Source: Actinomycetota bacterium (GTDB lineage Bacteria; Actinomycetota; Thermoleophilia; Gaiellales; Gaiellaceae). Taken from it: a stretch of 29,835 nucleotides of DNA. Below the pieces are notes generated by a model that was not told the DNA's origin, searched no databases, and saw nothing but the letters and a program-made list of their open reading frames with translations. Below are positions 7,410-17,460 of this stretch, one piece after another. Within the stretch, counting starts at the first letter, position 1. Each line of letters starts with the position of its first letter. Where the stretch lies: NCBI GenBank assembly GCA_046724095.1, contig JBKOVW010000235.1, positions 1 to 29,835 on the forward strand, given 5' to 3'. Position numbers and translations under genes: made by a program.

Positions 7410-9420
7410 GCGCGAGCAGGGCGACCCCGTAAGGCCCGAGCACGAGCGAGCCTGCGTCGAGCACGCCGTCGAGGTGGCTCGGCGGCGCGCCGGGAATCGA
7501 GATTGTGCGCTCCTCGGGCGCGTAGTTGAGCAAGAACATGAGCTCCGTGGCCGTACCCGGCTTGCGCAGCTTGACCAGCTCCACATCCTCGGGGGCCTCG
7601 AAGACGTCGAGCGCAACTTCGCGTGCGACCCAGCGGTACAGCTCGTCGAGCGTTGCCTCCGTGGCGGAGCCCCCGATGTAGACGACCCGGCCGGCGCCGA
7701 CCGCGTTGATCGCAACCGCCGCCGCGCCCGCGAAGTCACGGTCGCGGTGCCGATAGACCGGGCGGGCGCCCTTAAGTGAGAGCTCCTCGAACCAGCCGCG
7801 CAATTCCGCGACGGCTCCGCTCTCGACATGCTCGATCTCGACGACGCGCCCGTCGAGGAAGCTGGCGATGTCCGACACCTCGAGTCCCGCCAGCTCGTCG
7901 AGCCAGGCAGGCAGCGGTCGCTCGGGAACCGCGTTCGCCCGGTCCTTGAACCCCGACCGCGCTCCGAGGACGAGCAGCCCGCCACCCTCGACGTAGGAGC
8001 GCAGAGCGGCCGCGACCGCCTCGTCGATCACGTACAGGCTGGGCGCGCTCACGACCGAGTAGGACGAGAGGTCGTCGGTCGGCGCCAGCACGTCGACCCC
8101 GACGCCCAGTCGCCTCAACGCCCCGTAGTGCGCACGCAAGGTGTCGACGTGCGCGAGCGCGGGGTTCGTCGGCTGGATCTCGAGCGCGAAGCGCGCGTCG
8201 TAGTCGTACACGAGCGCAGCGCGTCCGGCGGGCACGGCTCCGCCCAGCAAAGCATCGATGCCGCCGAGCTCCTGCGCCAGGTCGCTGAGCTCTCGGAGGC
8301 GCCGGTTGGGCCGGCCATCGTGGTCGAGAACGCCGTACCAGTGCTGCTCGGTTCCGAAGCGGGCTGAGCGCCAGCGGAAGTAGCAGACGGCCTCGGCTCC
8401 GTGCGCAAGCATCTGGTACGTGTGCAGTCGCATCTGGCCGCGCCGCGGCGTCCGGATCGTCTCCCACCCGAGCGGCCCGACTTGCTGCTCCATCACCCAG
8501 AAGGGCACGTCCTTCAGGCCGCGAATCGCGTCGCAGTTGAGCGCGGGCTCGAGCCAGCCGTCGGTCGTGTTGAAGACCGGGTAGTTGTCCCACGCGAGGA
8601 AATCGAGCTCGCGCGCCAGCTCCTGGAAGTCGAGCTCGCGGAACCTAAAGCTCCTCAGGTTGTGCGTGATCGGAGTGTCCGAGTGCCGCCGGATCTCTTC
8701 GATCTGCAGCCGCTGATACCGGACGAAGCTGTCTGACGCGAAGCGCCGGTAATCCAGCGCATGGGCTGGCGAGGGCGAGGCGGGCAGGAACCCCTCGGGC
8801 AGCGGCACATCGCCGCCCGCCGGGAGGGGGATGTGATCCCAGGAGCGATACGTGTGGCTCCAGAAGGCGGTGCCCCAGATCGCGTTCAGGCGCTCCAGCG
8901 ATCCATATCGCTCCTCGAGCCAGTGCCGGAACGCCGCTGCACAGCGCGGGCAATAGCACCGTTCGCCGAACTCGTTGTCGATCTGCCACGCGACGACACG
9001 GTCGTCGGCGCCGTAGTGCTCTGCCAGGGCCGCAACGATTCGCCGTGACTCCTGCTGATACGTCGGGTTGTTCGGGCAGTAGTGGCGACGGTGTCCGAAC
9101 GGAACGACTCGGCCGTCGCTGTCGATTCGGTGGATGTCCGGATGCTCGGCGCTCAGCCAGCCGGGCGGCGCTGCGGTCGGCGTTCCGAGCACGACCTCGA
9201 TGCCGTTCTCGGCCATGAGCGACACCGTGCGGTCGAGCCAACCGACCTCGAGCGAGCCCCGCTGAGGCTCGAGCGTCGCCCACGAGAACTCCGCCATGCG
9301 GACGACTCGGATCCCCGCTTCGGCCATCATCCTTGCGTCGGTTGCCCAGCGCTCCTCCGGCCACTGCTCCGGGTAGTAGGCGACACCCAGGCGGACCGGC
9401 TTGGAACGCGGCGGGGTCAC
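7402..9420 (-). CDS. GH42 beta-galactosidase (catalytic + trimerisation domain)
   Basis: YYPEQWP, EFSW, WQIDNE (acid/base Glu), CYCPRC Zn site, VMEQQ (nucleophile Glu), YFRWRS, EQHWYG. Confidence 0.95.
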   Translation of the reverse strand: MTPPRSKPVRLGVAYYPEQWPEERWATDARMMAEAGIRVVRMAEFSWATLEPQRGSLEVGWLDRTVSLMAENGIEVVLGTPTAAPPGWLSAEHPDIHRIDSDGRVVPFGHRRHYCPNNPTYQQESRRIVAALAEHYGADDRVVAWQIDNEFGERCYCPRCAAAFRHWLEERYGSLERLNAIWGTAFWSHTYRSWDHIPLPAGGDVPLPEGFLPASPSPAHALDYRRFASDSFVRYQRLQIEEIRRHSDTPITHNLRSFRFRELDFQELARELDFLAWDNYPVFNTTDGWLEPALNCDAIRGLKDVPFWVMEQQVGPLGWETIRTPRRGQMRLHTYQMLAHGAEAVCYFRWRSARFGTEQHWYGVLDHDGRPNRRLRELSDLAQELGGIDALLGGAVPAGRAALVYDYDARFALEIQPTNPALAHVDTLRAHYGALRRLGVGVDVLAPTDDLSSYSVVSAPSLYVIDEAVAAALRSYVEGGGLLVLGARSGFKDRANAVPERPLPAWLDELAGLEVSDIASFLDGRVVEIEHVESGAVAELRGWFEELSLKGARPVYRHRDRDFAGAAAVAINAVGAGRVVYIGGSATEATLDELYRWVAREVALDVFEAPEDVELVKLRKPGTATELMFLLNYAPEERTISIPGAPPSHLDGVLDAGSLVLGPYGVALLAPT

Positions 9421-9423
9421 GTC

Positions 9424-10467
9424 CTACCGATGCCGCGGCGGCCCGACGCTGCCGCGCTCGATCACCGTCGTGGGCAGATGGATGCGGCCGCCTAGCGGCG
9501 CTGCACTGTCTCCCGAGATGCGGTCGAGGAGGACCTTCGCAGCGAGCGCGCCGACCTCACGCACGGGCTGCCGCACGGTCGTCAGCGGTGGGTCGACGAA
9601 GTCCGCCACGGGGATGTCGTCGTAGCCGACCACGGAGAGATCGTCCGGGACGGAGAGCCCACGCGCGCGCAGCTCGCGAATCGCACCGAGAGCCAGCAGA
9701 TCGCTGTGGGTGAAGAGCGCGGTGAAGCCGGCGGCCCGAGTCAGCAGGCGGGCGAGGGCCTCGCGCCCGCTCTCGGGACCCCAGTCCGAGGCCGCTTCGA
9801 CGAGCCTTGCGTCGTATGCCTCCACCCCGCGCAACGCCAGCTCATAGCCGTGCAGCCGATCGCGGGCGGACGGCCATTCTGGGGGACCAGTGATGGTCGC
9901 GATCGTCCGGTGGCCGTGCGCCAGGAGTCGGGACGTCGCCTCGAATCCCCCGTTGCGGTTGTCGACGTCGACCGCCACGAAGCCAGGGACCTCCGGCGAG
10001 CCGATCGAGACGAGCGGCACCCGCTCGACCGCCGGCGGCAGCTGCTCGAGCGTCAGCGGAGCCTGGGGCCGGGCCACGATCAACCCCTCGACGCGACGCT
10101 CGAGCATGAGCCGGAGATACGCGAGCTCGTCGTCCTCGGCCTCGCCCTCGACGCTCGCAACGATGAGGTAGTAGCCGCGCCTACGCGTCTCGAGCTCAGC
10201 TCCCGCGATGGCCTCCGCGAAGAAGTGGTCGGTCACGTCCGCGGTGACCATCCCGAGGCTGTGCGTGCGGCTGCCCATGAGTCCGCGGGCGAGCGGGCTC
10301 GGTACGTATTGGAGCTCCCGAATCGCGGCCCGTACACGTCGGCGGGTGTCGGAAGCGACCTCCTCGCGCCCATTGATCACGCGTGACACGGTCTGGTGTG
10401 AGACGCCCGCGCGGGCGGCAACATCGCGGATCGTGGGGCGCCGGGCGAGATTTCCGTGAACGGTCAC
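9424..10467 (-). CDS. LacI-family transcriptional regulator
   Basis: PTIRDVAARAGVSHQTVSRVIN HTH; VPDDLSVVGYDD and PPLTTVRQP in the sugar-binding domain. Confidence 0.95.
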   Translation of the reverse strand: MTVHGNLARRPTIRDVAARAGVSHQTVSRVINGREEVASDTRRRVRAAIRELQYVPSPLARGLMGSRTHSLGMVTADVTDHFFAEAIAGAELETRRRGYYLIVASVEGEAEDDELAYLRLMLERRVEGLIVARPQAPLTLEQLPPAVERVPLVSIGSPEVPGFVAVDVDNRNGGFEATSRLLAHGHRTIATITGPPEWPSARDRLHGYELALRGVEAYDARLVEAASDWGPESGREALARLLTRAAGFTALFTHSDLLALGAIRELRARGLSVPDDLSVVGYDDIPVADFVDPPLTTVRQPVREVGALAAKVLLDRISGDSAAPLGGRIHLPTTVIERGSVGPPRHR

Positions 10468-10546
10468 AGTCGTTTCGTTGCCTTCATTTGACAGCGCCTG
10501 ACGGGATTTGGAATGTTACCGGCCGCACGGGATGTGACCAGTCACA
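10455..10546. promoter_or_regulatory. Three LacI-type operator boxes (consensus TGTGACCGGTCACA) and a sigma70-type promoter for the beta-helix gene
   Basis: CGTGAACGGTCACA 10455-10468 (12/14), TGTTACCGGCCGCA 10514-10527 (11/14), TGTGACCAGTCACA 10533-10546 (13/14). TTGACA at 10488-10493, 17 bp spacer, GAATGT at 10511-10516. Confidence 0.7.
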
Positions 10547-10616
10547 GGAGCGGAAGGAGGGGACGCAGACCGAGATCGACTGGCTCATGGGGGTTTCCTA
10601 GGAGGAGAGAGCTTCG

Positions 10617-12299
10617 ATGTCTCGCAAAGCGAGGATTAGGTTTCTGATTGCCGCCCTGGCCGGCTGCCTCTTGCTCGTGCTCGGCAGCCCGGCACTCGCC
10701 GCCGGGACGGCCTACTACGTGAACTGCGCCGCTGCCACCGACGGCGACGGCTCGTCGGCGAGCCCGTGGAACAACCTCACGACCGTCAACAGCAGGACGT
10801 TCGCCGCAGGCGACAGCGTGCTCTTCAACCGTGGAACGACCTGCGCCGGATCGTTCGTCTTCTCATCGTCCGGCACGAGTGCAAACCCGATCACCATCGG
10901 CGCCTACGGAACCGGCGCGCTCCCGGCCATCGACGGCACCGGCCAGAATCGTGCCGTCAAGCTGCTCGACACCTCGTACGTGACGCTGCAGGATCTCGAG
11001 GTCAAGAACAGCCGCGTCTGGGGAGTGCTCGTCACGACCGACCACGACGCGCCGGCGGTCGGCATCACGTTGAAAAACCTCGTCGTCCATCACGTGACCG
11101 GGGGTAGCTACGTCGACATGAGCGCCAAGTGGACCGGGCTCGTCGTCTTCGCTCCGGGAATGATTGTCGAGCCCAACATGACGAAGGGGTCGGGCGTCTA
11201 CACGCGCAACAGCTACTTCGACACGGTGCTGGTCGACAACGTGCAGGCCTACGACACGACGCTCTGGGCCGGCATCTTCGTCTGGGGCGTCCAGATCGAC
11301 CAAGACACCCGATGGGCGAAAGACTCGCAAAACGAGTCCATCCAGAGTCGCAACATCACGATCCAGAACTCCACGGTCCACGACACCTACGGCGACGGGA
11401 TCGCCATCTACACGTCACACGAAGGGACGATCCAGAACAGCGTCGTCTACCGCTCCGGGATGGAACCTGGGCCTCCGGACATCGGCACGCCGGTCGGGTT
11501 GTGGTGGTGGACTGCCGAGAACATGGTCGGCCAGTTCAACGAGTCCTACGACAACCATTCGCCCGGCGTTGACGGCGGCGGCTACGACATCGACTACGGG
11601 TCGTCGAACAGCACCATGCAGTACAACTACGGCCACGACAACGGCGCCTACTGCGTCAGCGTCTTCGGCTATTCGGGCGCAACGACGACGAGCATCGTCC
11701 GCTACAACGTCTGCGCGGGCGACGGAACGGTGCACACGTATCTCAAGAAGAAGCCGTCGGGCGGCTTCACGAACGAGATCATGCCCGGCCAGTCCGAGGT
11801 CTATCTCTGCACGTGGGGCGGCGGCAAGCTCGTCAACACGTGGATCTACAACAACACGTTCTACGTGAACAGCTCCGGCGATCCGTCCGCGACAGGCCTG
11901 TTCGACGTCTGTCCCGGCGGAGGAGACGCCGAGACGAACGGCATCTTCCGGAACAACCTGGTCGTGTCGGCCATTCCGAACGTCCTCGGCGACGTCGCCA
12001 CGGCGAACGGCCGGCCCCGCGACTACAACCTCTACTACTACACGGGCGGAACGTTCACCGACCCGAATCCCGAGGCGCACGGCATCTACAACCAGAATCC
12101 CTTGGTGAACGGCCTCGGTTACCACGGGATTGGCAGGCCGACGACACAGTGGACACTGCAACCCGGCTCGCCGGCGATCAACCACGGCACGAACGCGTGC
12201 ACCGGCCTCACCGGTTGCTCGGTCGGGATGCGCGATTTCTTCGGGAACTCCATTCCGCTCGGCGGCGCCTTCGACATCGGCGCGCACGAAGCCGGGTAA
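10617..12299 (+). CDS. Secreted right-handed parallel beta-helix protein, putative glycoside hydrolase (GH136-like)
   Basis: RBS GGAGGAG. Sec signal MSRKARIRFLIAALAGCLLLVLGSPALA. N-cap YYVNC..GDG.S.ASPW..L..VN...F.AGD.VLF.RG, repeated beta-helix rungs, DGGGYDID..S...QYNYGHDN, C-terminal PGSPAINHG...DIGAHE. Confidence 0.8.
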   Translation: MSRKARIRFLIAALAGCLLLVLGSPALAAGTAYYVNCAAATDGDGSSASPWNNLTTVNSRTFAAGDSVLFNRGTTCAGSFVFSSSGTSANPITIGAYGTGALPAIDGTGQNRAVKLLDTSYVTLQDLEVKNSRVWGVLVTTDHDAPAVGITLKNLVVHHVTGGSYVDMSAKWTGLVVFAPGMIVEPNMTKGSGVYTRNSYFDTVLVDNVQAYDTTLWAGIFVWGVQIDQDTRWAKDSQNESIQSRNITIQNSTVHDTYGDGIAIYTSHEGTIQNSVVYRSGMEPGPPDIGTPVGLWWWTAENMVGQFNESYDNHSPGVDGGGYDIDYGSSNSTMQYNYGHDNGAYCVSVFGYSGATTTSIVRYNVCAGDGTVHTYLKKKPSGGFTNEIMPGQSEVYLCTWGGGKLVNTWIYNNTFYVNSSGDPSATGLFDVCPGGGDAETNGIFRNNLVVSAIPNVLGDVATANGRPRDYNLYYYTGGTFTDPNPEAHGIYNQNPLVNGLGYHGIGRPTTQWTLQPGSPAINHGTNACTGLTGCSVGMRDFFGNSIPLGGAFDIGAHEAG

Positions 12300-12315
12300 A
12301 CGCGGAAAAGGTTGG

Positions 12316-12351
12316 GGGCCGCTCTCCGCTTAGTCCGTCGGAGAGCGGCCC
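12316..12351. terminator. Perfect 13-bp hairpin between convergent genes, likely intrinsic/bidirectional terminator
   Basis: GGGCCGCTCTCCG (12316-12328) / CGGAGAGCGGCCC (12339-12351), 10-nt loop. On the minus strand it is followed by CCAACCTTTT. Confidence 0.6.
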
Positions 12352-12914
12352 TCGAGCGCGCGAATCGCGAAGTCGAGCTGCGCTGCCGGAGCGAAGCCGT
12401 CCCAACGCTTGCGCACGACGCCGTCGGGCCCGATCAGGAATGTCGTCGGCGCCTGTGTGACACCGAACTTCCGCGCGAGTGCGCCGTTGTCGCGGAGCAC
12501 GGCGATCGCCGGGTCGAGGTTCCAGTCGTACGTGTAGTTCACGAGGTCGTCGCGGCTCGGACTCCCGGAACCCGCGAGCTCGGCCGCATCGACGACGACG
12601 GTGCGCAGACCGCGCCGCTCGTGCTGCGTTTGCATGCTGCGCAGGAACACGATCTGCGCGCGGGAGGGATCGCCTTCCACGGTCGCTTCAGCACGGGTGT
12701 TCAAAAACGACACGAGCACGACGTGGCCGCGAAGGCGCGCGAGGTTCACGTCGCCGCCTCGAACTGCGCTGCCCTCGAGAGCAGGCGCGGGCATGCCGGC
12801 TTCGAGATCGACGCGCGGCGCCTTTTCCCCGTGCAGTGCCGCCACGAGCAGAACCCCCACGATCGCTGCGCACGAGGCGAGGACGGCGAGCAGGAGTCCG
12901 CGGCTGCGCCGCAT
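12330..12914 (-). CDS. Membrane-anchored TlpA/AhpC-TSA (redoxin-fold) protein lacking CxxC
   Basis: Likely start ATG 12914, 7 bp after the ATPase stop. N-terminal hydrophobic anchor, GMPAPALEG, LRGHVVLVSF, FGVTQAPTTFLIGPDGVVR (cis-Pro loop), but no WCxxC. Confidence 0.75.
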   Translation of the reverse strand: MRRSRGLLLAVLASCAAIVGVLLVAALHGEKAPRVDLEAGMPAPALEGSAVRGGDVNLARLRGHVVLVSFLNTRAEATVEGDPSRAQIVFLRSMQTQHERRGLRTVVVDAAELAGSGSPSRDDLVNYTYDWNLDPAIAVLRDNGALARKFGVTQAPTTFLIGPDGVVRKRWDGFAPAAQLDFAIRALEGRSPTD

Positions 12915-12921
12915 TGCCGGC

Positions 12922-14118
<1,197 letters not shown>

Positions 14119-14120
14119 GC

Positions 14121-15005
14121 TTACCCCTTCAACCCTGTGGTGACGATGCCGCGCGCAAGCCGCTTCTGCAGAGCGAAGAACGCCAGGAGCGGAGGGATCG
14201 TGAAGAGCAACGAGCCTGCGAGCTGAACCGGGACGAGTGCGAACTGCTGATTCGGGTCGTAGTACCCCGTCGCGACCTTGACCCCGAGGGGAAGGAGCTG
14301 GTCGGGCAGGAGGAGCGACGCGTAGATGTACTCCCCCCACCAGCCTGAGCCGAGGATGACGATCGCGACTGCCAGCGGGCCGATCGAGTTCGGCAGGTAG
14401 ATCTGGACGAACGTCCGCAGATGTCCTGCACCGTCGATCGCCGCGGCGTCGTCGAGCTCCGAGGGGAAACTCGCGTAGAACTGGCGGAAGAGGAAGATCA
14501 GGAAGGCGTTGCCGCTGATCCCCCAGATCAACCACGGCCAGCGAGTCGAGTACATCCCGAGCTCGACGATCACCCAGAAGGTCGGGATGAAGCTGACCGC
14601 GAAGGGGATGAATGTCGTCGCGAGCACGAAGATGAAGAACGCGTTGCGGCCGCGGGCGCGCATCCGCGCGAAGGCGTAGCCGGCGAGCGCGCTCGTGAGC
14701 ACTGCGGGGGCCGTCCCGAGGAACGTGAGGAGGGCCGTGTTCCAAAGGTAGTGAGAGAACGCGAACTCGCCCGACCACGCGTAGTGGTAGTTGTCCCAGT
14801 GCGCAGGGCTCGGGATGACGGGCCCGCTCACCCCCGCGTGGACGTCACGCAGCGAGCCGAAGAAGCCCCAGATGATCGGGGCGAGGAAGACGGCCGCGAC
14901 CGCGACGACGGCGAGGTGAAGGAGCGTGCGCCCCGCGAGCCGCTTCCCTGCGCCGCGTCTGCGCCGCCGCGGACGCGCCCGAACTCTTTCCGCGGCGATC
15001 GTCAC
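14121..15005 (-). CDS. Carbohydrate ABC permease (MalG type), copy 1
   Basis: Start GTG 15005 (GTGA overlap). EAA loop [12 protein letters not shown], ends IVTTGLKG. Confidence 0.92.
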   Translation of the reverse strand: MTIAAERVRARPRRRRRGAGKRLAGRTLLHLAVVAVAAVFLAPIIWGFFGSLRDVHAGVSGPVIPSPAHWDNYHYAWSGEFAFSHYLWNTALLTFLGTAPAVLTSALAGYAFARMRARGRNAFFIFVLATTFIPFAVSFIPTFWVIVELGMYSTRWPWLIWGISGNAFLIFLFRQFYASFPSELDDAAAIDGAGHLRTFVQIYLPNSIGPLAVAIVILGSGWWGEYIYASLLLPDQLLPLGVKVATGYYDPNQQFALVPVQLAGSLLFTIPPLLAFFALQKRLARGIVTTGLKG

Positions 15006-15976
15006 TTCCCGTACTGCTCCCGCGCATGGAAGACCCAGAAGCGCCCGCTCCAGAAGACTAGGGCGCTGACGAGCAGCAGCAGCACCACGAAGATCCACGC
15101 GATCGCGGCGCCGTAACCGAAATCGCCGTCGCCGAAGATGCGCTGCAGCGCATAGAGATTGACGAAGGTGTTGTCGCTCGGCACGGTCGACCCGATCCCC
15201 GACTGCAGCCCCGGCGCGAGCAGGATCGGCTCGACGACGACGTTGGCGGCAAGAAACAGGCCCCAGACGAGCTGGAACATGATCACGGGCGTCAGCAGCG
15301 GGATCGTGATCGTGAAGAAGCGCCTGACGGCGCCGGCGCCGTCGATTCGCGCCACCTCGTAGAGCTCGTCGGGAATCCCCTTGAGGCCGGCCAGGAAGAT
15401 GAGCATGCCGAGACCGGCCGAGCCCCAGACCAGGAGCATGAGCAGGGTCGCGGTCGAATGGTCGACAAGCCAGCTGACGTTGCTGCTGCCGCCGAGTACG
15501 CCGAGCACGCGGTTGAGCAGACCACCGTCGGGATCGGTCATCGCCTTCCAGATCGACGCTTTCGCGACGATCGGGACGATTACGGCGACGTAGATCAGCG
15601 TGCGCCAGAGCCCGAGAAACCTGAGGCCGGCGTTGAGCAGCAGAGCGAGCGCCAGCTGGGTGATGAGCCAGAGCGGGACGATCATCGCGATCAGGATCCC
15701 GGTCCGCTGGAACGCGACCCACATCTCGTGGTCGTGGTACGCCCGGACATAGTTGTCTGCACCCACGTACTGCAGGTTCGTGTGCAGGTTCACGGTCGTC
15801 AGGTTCGTCAGCGACATCGCGAATGCGAGCACGAGTGGAACCGAGGTCAGCAGCACGAAGCCGAGCAGCCATGGAGAGAGGAAGCCGTAGAAGGCGAGCG
15901 TCTCGCGTCTCCTGCGAGACGCCCGCCTCCGCGGCCTTACGACAGTCGCGACGAGAGGAGGGTTCGTCGTTGCCAC
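15002..15976 (-). CDS. Carbohydrate ABC permease (MalF type), copy 1
   Basis: FLSPWLLGF, EAA loop ELYEVARIDGAG, ITIPLLTP, GYGAAIAW. Confidence 0.93.
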   Translation of the reverse strand: MATTNPPLVATVVRPRRRASRRRRETLAFYGFLSPWLLGFVLLTSVPLVLAFAMSLTNLTTVNLHTNLQYVGADNYVRAYHDHEMWVAFQRTGILIAMIVPLWLITQLALALLLNAGLRFLGLWRTLIYVAVIVPIVAKASIWKAMTDPDGGLLNRVLGVLGGSSNVSWLVDHSTATLLMLLVWGSAGLGMLIFLAGLKGIPDELYEVARIDGAGAVRRFFTITIPLLTPVIMFQLVWGLFLAANVVVEPILLAPGLQSGIGSTVPSDNTFVNLYALQRIFGDGDFGYGAAIAWIFVVLLLLVSALVFWSGRFWVFHAREQYGK

Positions 15977-16006
15977 AGCGTGACTATGGCACTGCCGAGG
16001 ATCGTC

Positions 16007-17401
16007 CTAGCCCTGCTTGCCTACCTTGATCGCGCGGTTGGTGTCGGATTCGACCTTCTTCATGAAGCTCTGGAAGGACATCTTCCCCTTCGCCGCATCG
16101 CCCAGGTACTTCTGGTACGCGGTCGCGACGGCAGTGTTGTCGGCCAGCCCGACCAGGTACGGGTTGTACTGGAGGGTGACCCTCGACGAGGGCAGCTCGT
16201 GCAACAGCGTCTTCTTCGCGTTCCGCTGCACTGCGGTCTTCGTCGGCAGCCGGTCGAACAGCGACCGCTGGGCGGGGACGCCCCAGCCGATCCCGGCACG
16301 GTCACGGGCGGGCTGGCCGCCCATGTACCACTCGAAGACCTCCCAGGCAGCGTCGGGATTCTTCGTGCGGGAGCTGATCACCCAACCGGTAGCCGTGATC
16401 GTCGGATCGAGGTGCTTGCCGTGCTTCCACCTGGGTGCGAGCAGCAGCCGCGAGTTCTTGACCGCGTCGGCGCTACCGGAATCGCTGATCTGCCCGAGGA
16501 ACCAGTAGCCGTACTGAGTCATCGCGATCTTGCCGCTGACGAAGCCCGGTCCCGACCAGCCGTCCGGGTTCGGGTTCTCGGGGCCGAGGTCGAACTTGTG
16601 CTGCGAGTACCGGAACGAGTAGTGGAACGCTTCCATCGCAGCTGGGTTCTTCGTCAAGTTGATGTGCGAGAAGTCCTTGGGGTACAGGCTCTTCCCGATC
16701 GAGGCGAGCTGCACCATGATGTGACGGTCGATCCACGCGTAGGCGTTGGCCACGTCGAGGATCCACCTGAGGCTGTTCTTCTTCCGTTTCAGCTTGAGCG
16801 CGATCTCCCAGAGATCGTCGTACGTCCACGGGTCGGTCGGGCCCGGGAGGTGGATACCTGTGCCCTTGAAGAGGTCGGTCCTGACCCACACGGTCTCGTC
16901 GGGAGACCAGTCCTTGACCATCCCATAGCGCGGACCGACGCCGACCTTGCCGTTCTTGTACCGGTAGTAGTTGTTCGCCGGCGTCAGTTGCGCGGTGTGA
17001 ATCAGGTCGCTCGCGCGGAAGTACTTGTCGAGATTGAGCAGCTGGCCGCGCTTCGCCCACTGCGGGATCAGCGGAGCCTGCGTGCGCCAGATGTCCGGCG
17101 GCTGTCCGGCGGCCATCATCGCCTGGAACTTCGCGGCGTCTACGTCGAGCAGCTCGATCTTGATGTTGGGGTGCGTGTCCATGAAGTCTTTGATCGACGG
17201 GGTTCCGGCGTTGCCCGCTCCTGCCGTGAGCTCCTGGGTCATGACCACGACCGTGGCCGGCGACGCAAGACGTCGCCGCGGCAGTGCTTTCGCGATCCCG
17301 GGCCCGAGGAGCGAGCCGACAGCAAGTGAGCCGGCCGTGCCCGCAGCGCCCTGAAGGAACTTGCGACGTGAGATGCGACTGTCTTCGAAGGGATCCGACA
17401 T
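16007..17401 (-). CDS. Extracellular sugar solute-binding protein (family 1) with twin-arginine signal
   Basis: ATG 17401 with GGAAAGG upstream (alternative GTG 17410). SRRKFL Tat motif, HPNIKIE, AAGQPPDI, WTYDDL, FVSGKIAM, TKNPDAAWEV. Confidence 0.9.
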   Translation of the reverse strand: MSDPFEDSRISRRKFLQGAAGTAGSLAVGSLLGPGIAKALPRRRLASPATVVVMTQELTAGAGNAGTPSIKDFMDTHPNIKIELLDVDAAKFQAMMAAGQPPDIWRTQAPLIPQWAKRGQLLNLDKYFRASDLIHTAQLTPANNYYRYKNGKVGVGPRYGMVKDWSPDETVWVRTDLFKGTGIHLPGPTDPWTYDDLWEIALKLKRKKNSLRWILDVANAYAWIDRHIMVQLASIGKSLYPKDFSHINLTKNPAAMEAFHYSFRYSQHKFDLGPENPNPDGWSGPGFVSGKIAMTQYGYWFLGQISDSGSADAVKNSRLLLAPRWKHGKHLDPTITATGWVISSRTKNPDAAWEVFEWYMGGQPARDRAGIGWGVPAQRSLFDRLPTKTAVQRNAKKTLLHELPSSRVTLQYNPYLVGLADNTAVATAYQKYLGDAAKGKMSFQSFMKKVESDTNRAIKVGKQG

Positions 17402-17460
17402 GCTCGCCACCTTTCCCTCGCCTACGTCTTATGCCGCCGGCGACCGCGCGGCTCGGCCGC

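Noticed and set aside
10587-10601. 4-codon uORF (MGVS*) abutting the beta-helix RBS
   Set aside because: No properly spaced SD and no regulatory codon pattern; likely chance.
14119-15872. Long N-terminal extensions on the ATPase (618 aa) and MalG (583 aa) ORFs
   Set aside because: They are alternative frames of the upstream permeases. Real starts are 14118 and 15005, so these are not fusions or frameshifts.
15904-15921. 7-bp hairpin GCGTCTC/GAGACGC inside the permease gene
   Set aside because: Short GC-rich stem in coding sequence, expected by chance, with no U-tract.
15458-17329. 623-aa plus-strand ORF
   Set aside because: Antisense shadow of the SBP and permease genes.
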